From the IMG/VR virus record IMGVR_UViG_3300042827_000008, positions 1 to 40,680 of that record: DNA of 40,680 bases. One strand, 5' to 3'. The position numbers and the translations under genes are program-made. This stretch comes from a virus. Its lineage: Duplodnaviria > Caudoviricetes. The notes under the pieces are model-generated. The model saw nothing but the letters and a program-made list of their open reading frames with translations. It was not told the origin of the DNA and searched no databases. Positions 34,517 through 40,680 of the stretch are shown piece by piece. Position 1 is the stretch's first letter, and each line of letters begins with the position of its first letter.

Positions 34517-34535
34517 GACGGAACCCCTTCCTGCC

Positions 34536-35282
34536 TCACGCGAGGCTGAGAATTGAGAGGGTCACCAGGGCTTTCGCGGACGGGTTGGGGTTGGGCTCCT
34601 CCGACTTGACAGCGGGGCTGTCCTCGTCGTTGGCCGGACCTGTACCGGTGGCTTTTTCCTGATCGTTTTCGTTGCCTAGGGCAGCGAGCACCGAGCCGAT
34701 GGCTGCGTGTGCTGCGCGTAGTTCGCCCTCGTTCTTGGCCGAGAGGACCCGGCCAGCTTTGAGCCCCGCCACCAGCGTTTTCACGGCGAGGATTTCGGTC
34801 TCGGCGTTGGCGCCGACCGGCACGACGGAAACCTCGTACAGCTTCACGCCGCGCAGTTCGTAGAAGTGCTCATCGCCCGCGCCGTTGTCGGCGGGGCGGG
34901 TCTGTTCGCCGCCGTCGGTGACGTCGTACGCGAACGACATTTGATTGACGCGGCGCCCCTTCAACAGCCGGTACGTCTGCGCCGCCTTCGGGGTGTCCAG
35001 GTCAAGCTGCGCCGTCACCAGCAGCCCGTGGTCGTCCTGCTCGGCGGTCAGGACTTCGCCGATGTTGTAGTCGGGGTCAGCCATGTTGTGGCCCCACAAC
35101 AGCGGAATCGGCGCATCGCTGTCGGCCCACTCCGCCAACGTCTGGTCGAACGCGCCCGGCATCAGCACATCGCCGTAAGAATCCTTGTTCCCGAACACCG
35201 CCGCGTAGGCGGTGAACTGGCCCACGTCCAGCCCGTCATCGGGTCCGGCCTTGATCTTCACGGAAAGGTCTTTGATCTTCAC
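34536..35282 (-). CDS. HK97-family prohead maturation protease
   Basis: YAAVFGNKDSYGDV..PGAF...LLWGH...MSFAY...LYEVSVVPVGAN; GGAGGG RBS. Confidence 0.92.
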   Translation of the reverse strand: MKIKDLSVKIKAGPDDGLDVGQFTAYAAVFGNKDSYGDVLMPGAFDQTLAEWADSDAPIPLLWGHNMADPDYNIGEVLTAEQDDHGLLVTAQLDLDTPKAAQTYRLLKGRRVNQMSFAYDVTDGGEQTRPADNGAGDEHFYELRGVKLYEVSVVPVGANAETEILAVKTLVAGLKAGRVLSAKNEGELRAAHAAIGSVLAALGNENDQEKATGTGPANDEDSPAVKSEEPNPNPSAKALVTLSILSLA

Positions 35283-35330
35283 GAGCCCTCCCGGGCGATG
35301 TTTTGTTGTGTGGCGCGTGACGCGGGCGCG

Positions 35331-35372
35331 ACCGGACACCCCGCCCCCCGCGGTGGGGGTGGGGTATCCGGT
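35331..35372 (-). terminator. intergenic hairpin after portal gene
   Basis: ACCGGACACCCCGCCCCC / GGGGGTGGGGTATCCGGT long stem. Confidence 0.5.
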
Positions 35373-35395
35373 GCGTTATGGGGTGTGGCCGGCGG

Positions 35396-37330
35396 TCAGT
35401 CCACGGTGACGGAGACGGTGCAGTTGCACCCGGCAACTTCGTCGGCCGGTCCGTACGCGCCGGGCCAGTCGAGCCCGTTGCTGAACTGGTCCTCGATGCC
35501 GACCGTTTCGCCGCTCATCGACGCATGCTCGGGGCGCGGGTTGCGCCCCGTCTCCCACGTCTTACTAGCCGTCGCGGCACCGACCTGTTTGGCTGCCTCA
35601 ACGGTCGCAAACGACGCGGTGTCGGTCACGATGGACGTGGCCGCGGCGGCGGCCCGGGACTCGGCCCTGTCGAACACTGCGGCCGGTGTGGCGTCAGCGT
35701 CAGACAGGGCGTCTTTCAGTTGCGCGAACGTGGTCGCGTTGATGTTCGCGGCGCGCCCCTCGGCGACCTTGCGCAGGAACGCGACAGTGCGGTCGGTGTC
35801 GTAGTCGCTGGCGTCGTACCCGAGCCCGGCCGCGGCGGCAGGCCCCACCTCGGCGGCGATCCCGGTGGACAGGTCGAACAACTCCTCGGCCAGTTCGCTA
35901 TCCCACCGGTCAGCGTTCCACCAGCCGTCAGCCTTCGCGCCCAACGCGGGCAACACCGACTTGCGTTGCCGCGCGAAATACGCCAACAGGACCCGTTCCG
36001 CCTTCGACTGGTACCGCTGCGGCGCGGGCCGGGTCGCGGCCTTGACCAGCACAGCCGGCGCCGACGCAAGGTTCTGTGTCCCGGTGTCGGTCGGGGACGC
36101 CTGCCCACCGACCAGCACATTCAGCGGCGTCACCAGTTCGTCGCCGCCCTCGATCTCGGGCAGGTTCTTGCGGGCGCGTGCCTCGTTGCGGGTCAGCCAC
36201 GGCGCACCGGTCGCGGTGCTCATCACCGACGCCTCCTCGTGGAAGCTGCCGCGGAGTTTCGCGTCCACGTCGGCTTCCACGTACAGCAGGCCGGTGTCGT
36301 CCAGGTCGGTGGTCAACATGGCGTTGATGACCTGCTCCCACGCCGCGAACATCGGCCCGAGCGCGTCGCGGTACAGCATCTGCCGGAACGCCTCGACGTT
36401 GGAGTAGGTGCCTTGCCGGGCGCCGACCAGCTCGGGCGCGATGTGGAACGCTGCCGCCACCTCGGCGTCGGACAACTGGCGCCCTTGAATGTCGTTCGTG
36501 TCTTTCGGGCTGAACGCGTCCACCTTCGCCAGCGTCATCCCGTCTTGCAGCAGCGGGGTGCCGCCTTCAGCGCCGCCGCCCTTCACGTAGCTGCGCCAGC
36601 CGGCGAGGAAACGGTCGCGGGCGGTGTCGCTCCACGGACCCGCGGACGCGGGGCGCTGCAACACGACCGGCACCCGGGCTGAGTTGCGCCACACCGAGCG
36701 GCGGTACGCGACCGCCTCGGACGACTCTTGCAGGATCGCCGCAAGGGTCCGCATCGGCGACGTGCCGGTCGCCGTCAACGGCGCGTAGCCGTGATCCAGG
36801 AGGCAATCCTCGGGGGCAAGTTTCACCTTCGAGTCCACCCACACCGCCGACACGCGGCCGAACCCGTCGGAGTCGAACGTCACCCGGTCCGCTTGCAGGC
36901 GCAGCAGTTCCAGCGCGCGGCTGGTCGGGTCGGCCGGCGCCAGCTTCACCACACACCACCGGTCGTACAGCAACCAGTCCACGATGACCGAATGCCAGAA
37001 CCGGAACGGGATCATGCCCGGCGACGGTGACGCCAGCACCCGCGCCAACGGGTGGTCGGTGACGCGTTGCCGGTCGGTGTCACTCACCCGGCGGTACACC
37101 TTCAACGGGGTGGACGCGACCGCGCGGGCCGCGAAATCGACCACCTTGCGCACCGACGGTTGCGACGCCCACACACTGGACGGGTTCACCATCTGCCCGG
37201 CGATAGCGTCGCGGAAATCGGTGAACGTCTCCACCGTCGAATCCAGCAGCAGCGGGCCACTGACCGCGCCCGGTCCGTACGTCGGCTGCCGCAGGTCGGT
37301 CAACTGCCCGCCCGAGATCACGTTCGGCAT
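35396..37330 (-). CDS. HK97-type portal fused to MuF-like minor capsid domain
   Basis: portal motifs (DHPLA..L..P, VA.AFHI.P..VG, T.NEAR...NLP.IEGGDEL) then KTW.T...PR.EH..M.GE.V...F.NG...PG...GCNC. Confidence 0.88.
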   Translation of the reverse strand: MPNVISGGQLTDLRQPTYGPGAVSGPLLLDSTVETFTDFRDAIAGQMVNPSSVWASQPSVRKVVDFAARAVASTPLKVYRRVSDTDRQRVTDHPLARVLASPSPGMIPFRFWHSVIVDWLLYDRWCVVKLAPADPTSRALELLRLQADRVTFDSDGFGRVSAVWVDSKVKLAPEDCLLDHGYAPLTATGTSPMRTLAAILQESSEAVAYRRSVWRNSARVPVVLQRPASAGPWSDTARDRFLAGWRSYVKGGGAEGGTPLLQDGMTLAKVDAFSPKDTNDIQGRQLSDAEVAAAFHIAPELVGARQGTYSNVEAFRQMLYRDALGPMFAAWEQVINAMLTTDLDDTGLLYVEADVDAKLRGSFHEEASVMSTATGAPWLTRNEARARKNLPEIEGGDELVTPLNVLVGGQASPTDTGTQNLASAPAVLVKAATRPAPQRYQSKAERVLLAYFARQRKSVLPALGAKADGWWNADRWDSELAEELFDLSTGIAAEVGPAAAAGLGYDASDYDTDRTVAFLRKVAEGRAANINATTFAQLKDALSDADATPAAVFDRAESRAAAAATSIVTDTASFATVEAAKQVGAATASKTWETGRNPRPEHASMSGETVGIEDQFSNGLDWPGAYGPADEVAGCNCTVSVTVD

Positions 37331-37536
37331 CAGGCGACCTGTGTCCACAAGATGCGGTAGCGGTCAATGATCACGTCACCGTCCATGTCGGTCGCCTCGC
37401 CTTGCTCGGGAAGCAGGGCGGCGTTTTGCAGCGTCACCGTGCGGTCGGATGCGTAGGCGAGAGTGCCGGTCATGGTGTGATCCTCAAGCTGAACGAGCAC
37501 GGCGCGGCCTAGGTAGCGGTGAAGGTCATGCGCCAC
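37330..37536 (-). CDS. small Sm/LSm-like fold protein
   Basis: YLGRAVLVQL....MTGTL......VTLQNA...GDVII....I...Q; GAGAGG RBS. Confidence 0.6.
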   Translation of the reverse strand: MAHDLHRYLGRAVLVQLEDHTMTGTLAYASDRTVTLQNAALLPEQGEATDMDGDVIIDRYRILWTQVA

Positions 37537-37556
37537 GAACAGTCGCCGCCTCTCGG

Positions 37557-39311
37557 TTACGCGATGATGAAGTCGGAGTCCTCGTACGCGGACCGCTTGT
37601 CCGCTTCGGCTTGTGCGCGCCCGTCGAGCGCCATCACCAGAGCAACCACGGCGTCGATTTTGTCCGCGGCCAACTGCTTGGCTGGCTTCACGTTCCCGGC
37701 CGCGTCCATCGCGACCGCGAAATTGTCGACCTGCCACCGCACCGCCGGGTTACCGCCGTGGCGCAGTTTCGGGTCCGCCGCGGTACCGGACAACACCAGC
37801 CGCTGCATCTCTTTCGTCGGCGCCGACATGGACGCGAACCCCTGCCCCAGTGGGCGCATGGGCACGTTCTCCCCGGTCAGGTCCGTCACCAGTTGCGTGG
37901 CGTTCCACCGGTCATAGGCCACGTCCCGCACATCGAACACGGCGCAGTCGGCGATCACCTGAGACTTGATGAAGTCGTAATCGGTGACGTTGCCCGGTGT
38001 CAGCGTCAACCGGCCTTCGCGGACCCACACCGACGCCGACCCCGCGGTGCGTCGGTCCAACGCCTCTAGGCTTTCGGCCGGCGCCCACAGCCGCCACACC
38101 GCGTCCACGCCGCCGGACGTGTCCGGGAACACCCACGCCAACGCGCACAGGTCCGAGGTCGAGGCGAGGTCAAGCCCGCCGTACGCGGCGCGGCCCGCCA
38201 GCGTTGCCTCGTCCACCAGCCCCGCGTTGCGGTCCCACGCGGCCAGTTCGATGAACCGGGTTTCCTGCTTCGTCCGGATCCCCAGATGCAGCCGCAGGAA
38301 CTTGGCCAGGTCGGCAGGTGAGCGGCGCGCACGCTCTGCTTCACGGGCGATGGATGACGCGGTAGGGCTCACCCCGTAGCCGGGGTTGGCTGCCTTCCAC
38401 GTCGCCTCACTGAACGGGTCCGCACCGTCAGCAGCAGCGAACACCACACCGTAGGTGGACGGGGCAACGAACACGCGGCGCGCTAGCTGCTCGATGTAGG
38501 TGCGGTTCTTCGCGTAGACGGTGTTGGGTTTGCCGTCGTCGGCGGTGGTGATCTTCACGACCAGCGGCTGCCGGCGCGACCCGGTGCCGGTCTCCAACGC
38601 GTCCACGAGATCCGGTGTCTTGTGCAGGTGTAGCTCGTCAATGATCGTGCCGTGCAGGTTCGCGCCGTGTTGGGCTGACGCCGTGGACGACACCACCGCG
38701 AAATAGGAACCCGACGCGGGGTGCACGATGCGGTACTGCAACGCCTTCACGTGCCCCTTCAAATCCGGGGCGCTCGCCGCTAGCTGCTTGATCGGCGCGA
38801 ACACGAACGCCGCTTGCCCCGCTGTCGTCGCCGCCGCGACCACCTCCGCGCCCGGCTCGTTGTCGGCCGCGGTCAGGTACATGGCGATGCCGCCGCACAG
38901 CGTCGATTTCCCGTTCTTGCGGGGCACGTCGCAGTACAACTCCCGCACCACCCGCACCCACCGGTCACCGTCGGGGCGGACCCACCCGAACACCGGCGCC
39001 AAAATGTAGGCCACCTGCCACGGCGCCGGGGTCAACGGCTGACCCTTCCACTCGCCTTTGGTGTGGCGCAGCATGGAGAACGCCGCCAACACCCGGTCAA
39101 CGCGGGCCGGGTCGAACCGTGCCGACCGCAACACGCGGCCCGCCTCCGGTGTCTTGATCAACGGCGGGCACGTCGGCAACGCGATGCCGCGCGACAGCAA
39201 GTAGTAGGCGACCTCCGGGGACAGCTTCAGCCGGGTCAGCTCAGACTTCGACGGCAGTTCAACGTCAGCCGTTGGACGCGAACGGGTTGGCACCCTCGTC
39301 CGTCTCCGCAA
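37557..39311 (-). CDS. terL: terminase large subunit
   Basis: PWQ, PRKNGKST (Walker A), IIDELH (Walker B), GLDLAST.DL, YDRWNA, KIDAVVA. Confidence 0.96.
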   Translation of the reverse strand: MRRRTRVPTRSRPTADVELPSKSELTRLKLSPEVAYYLLSRGIALPTCPPLIKTPEAGRVLRSARFDPARVDRVLAAFSMLRHTKGEWKGQPLTPAPWQVAYILAPVFGWVRPDGDRWVRVVRELYCDVPRKNGKSTLCGGIAMYLTAADNEPGAEVVAAATTAGQAAFVFAPIKQLAASAPDLKGHVKALQYRIVHPASGSYFAVVSSTASAQHGANLHGTIIDELHLHKTPDLVDALETGTGSRRQPLVVKITTADDGKPNTVYAKNRTYIEQLARRVFVAPSTYGVVFAAADGADPFSEATWKAANPGYGVSPTASSIAREAERARRSPADLAKFLRLHLGIRTKQETRFIELAAWDRNAGLVDEATLAGRAAYGGLDLASTSDLCALAWVFPDTSGGVDAVWRLWAPAESLEALDRRTAGSASVWVREGRLTLTPGNVTDYDFIKSQVIADCAVFDVRDVAYDRWNATQLVTDLTGENVPMRPLGQGFASMSAPTKEMQRLVLSGTAADPKLRHGGNPAVRWQVDNFAVAMDAAGNVKPAKQLAADKIDAVVALVMALDGRAQAEADKRSAYEDSDFIIA

Positions 39312-39726
39312 CGTTCGACGTGACCCGGCTCCGCGCGCTCGGCGTCAACCCGAACTCTTGCGCGAACGTGCGCACCGTGAACGCCGCGTCCCGTTGGATC
39401 GCCAGCACCGGGTTACGGACCAGCCCGCCCATGGTTCCCTTGATCAGGATGGACTGCACCGCCAGCACCGCCGACGCCTTGCGGTGATTCACCACCGCTT
39501 CGCAGTAACACGCCAGCGAATCACGGTCCGCGGCCTTCGCCAGGCCCATGAATTCCAGGTGCTCCAGCGTGTAATCCCACACCTCGCGCACCTCCGCGGA
39601 CATGCCAGCCGGCGCGGCTGGCGGGACCGACAACGCGACCGGCTCAGCCTTGTTGAACCGGTTCGCCTTGTCGCCGTCGAGTAGCCGCAACGCTGTCGGC
39701 TTCGGAGCGAAACCACGTCGTCCCAT
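39265..39726 (-). CDS. terS: P27-family terminase small subunit
   Basis: G..PKPT.L..L.G...AP..MS...W...D...L..YC...NP...EFGLTPSARSR. Confidence 0.93.
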   Translation of the reverse strand: MGRRGFAPKPTALRLLDGDKANRFNKAEPVALSVPPAAPAGMSAEVREVWDYTLEHLEFMGLAKAADRDSLACYCEAVVNHRKASAVLAVQSILIKGTMGGLVRNPVLAIQRDAAFTVRTFAQEFGLTPSARSRVTSNVAETDEGANPFASNG

Positions 39727-39747
39727 GTCGTCCCATCCCTTGGTCGG

Positions 39748-40155
39748 TTACGGATTCTGGCGAGGCGGTGGCGGCGGGGGCGGCTGCGGCATCGGCAACA
39801 TGAGCCGCAGTTGATCCACGTGGCGCTGCGTTATGTCGAGGTCGATCCGAAGCTGCGCGACCTCGCGGGTAAGGCGCTGGTTGTCTTCCTGAGAAAGCCG
39901 CAAGGTGCCTTGGCTCTCAGCCAACTGGCCCTCAAGCGACGCCACCCGGCTCGCTAACCGGCCCTCCGCGACCTCAAGCCGGACGATCAGTTCGTTGGCC
40001 GACGCCAGCAGCGGCGCCGATGCCGTCTTGTCTAGGGCTGCGATCTCCGAGCGGCGCCGCAACAGGTACACGATCAGTTGCACGATGCTTCCGCCGGTGA
40101 CCAGCGCAACAATCTGCAACGCGAACGCTGACGATGACGTCACCGCCAACGTCAC
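39748..40155 (-). CDS. N-terminal TM plus coiled-coil protein
   Basis: hydrophobic N-terminus, RRRS stop-transfer, heptad-rich region, Pro-rich tail. Confidence 0.75.
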   Translation of the reverse strand: MTLAVTSSSAFALQIVALVTGGSIVQLIVYLLRRRSEIAALDKTASAPLLASANELIVRLEVAEGRLASRVASLEGQLAESQGTLRLSQEDNQRLTREVAQLRIDLDITQRHVDQLRLMLPMPQPPPPPPPRQNP

Positions 40156-40598
40156 AACGAGCCACCTTCACCGGTCCGCTTGTGCGCCAGCGAACCGAGC
40201 ATCACAACCCGGCCGGCGCAGCCGACCGTGATCGCCGCATATGCCCCGCCAGCGATGAGCCCGTTAACCCCCAACCCGATGATTACGCCGCCCGCGTACA
40301 GAAACGAGCCGGTCGAAACGAACACCAAACCGATCAGTTCGCAGAACGTCCCCAGCCGCACCGTGCCAGCGATCGTCAACACGCCACCGAGAAACAGCAG
40401 CAGCCCCAGCACGTGAGCGATGAGCGAGCCACCCGGAATCAACGAGAACGCCCGCGACGCCTCCGACCCCAACGCCAACGTCGCAATACCGATCGGGACC
40501 ATAGCCGCCGGAACAGTCACCGCCAACGGGCGCAACGCAAACGCAAACTTGAACGACCGATACAACGACATACCCGCGGGCGGATGACGATTAGGCAC
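40152..40598 (-). CDS. 4-TM membrane protein (holin-like)
   Basis: four hydrophobic segments; GAAGGGGGGAG RBS; GTGA-coupled to next gene. Confidence 0.75.
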   Translation of the reverse strand: MPNRHPPAGMSLYRSFKFAFALRPLAVTVPAAMVPIGIATLALGSEASRAFSLIPGGSLIAHVLGLLLFLGGVLTIAGTVRLGTFCELIGLVFVSTGSFLYAGGVIIGLGVNGLIAGGAYAAITVGCAGRVVMLGSLAHKRTGEGGSL

Positions 40599-40680
40599 AA
40601 CTCCCCCCCTTCAATTCATTGCACAAAGTGACATTTCACGCTGAGTGAGACTGCTAAAGTCGCCTCGCTATGCGCAGGAC

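Noticed and set aside
32915-34549. Long plus-strand ORFs opposite structural genes (also 24990-26402, 35378-36682, 9488-10747, 2527-3657)
   Set aside because: Antisense shadows of high-GC coding sequence: no motifs, and fully overlapping well-supported minus-strand genes
40677-40680. Terminal redundancy (window starts and ends with GGAC)
   Set aside because: Four bases is within chance; completeness is inferred from gene content only

Overview
The window is an apparently near-complete (40.7 kb), high-GC genome of a temperate actinobacterial siphovirus, mostly encoded on the minus strand. Reading from the right end leftwards: two membrane genes, terS/terL, an LSm-like small gene, a portal-MuF fusion, HK97 prohead protease and capsid, head-tail connectors, major tail, frameshifted tail chaperones, tape measure, minor tails/fibres, CHAP endolysin and holin. 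Next comes a plus-strand accessory operon (Lsr2-like/C2H2 protein, DUF4258-like protein, small Cys-rich ORFs), a large serine integrase with an intact attP-like dyad, and a divergent control region flanked only by Xis/MerR-type HTH genes. The early arm then carries RecE/RecT, a C5 methyltransferase with a nested alternative-frame ORF, Prim-Pol/helicase, an N4/N6 methyltransferase, a 28-bp inverted-repeat ori candidate, RusA, ParB-like and SLOG genes, small ORFs and an HNH nuclease. The left end is a helically phased T-tract region (cos candidate). No tRNA, CRISPR array, reverse transcriptase, IS element or lysin B was recognised. The most promising undescribed elements are the dual-coded C5 methyltransferase, the Lsr2-N/C2H2 chimera with its RNase-like neighbour, a structured RBS-sequestering leader RNA with a C-rich loop, and a repressor-less switch sharing TGACGG dyads. 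All family assignments come from motif recognition by eye; no database search was run.
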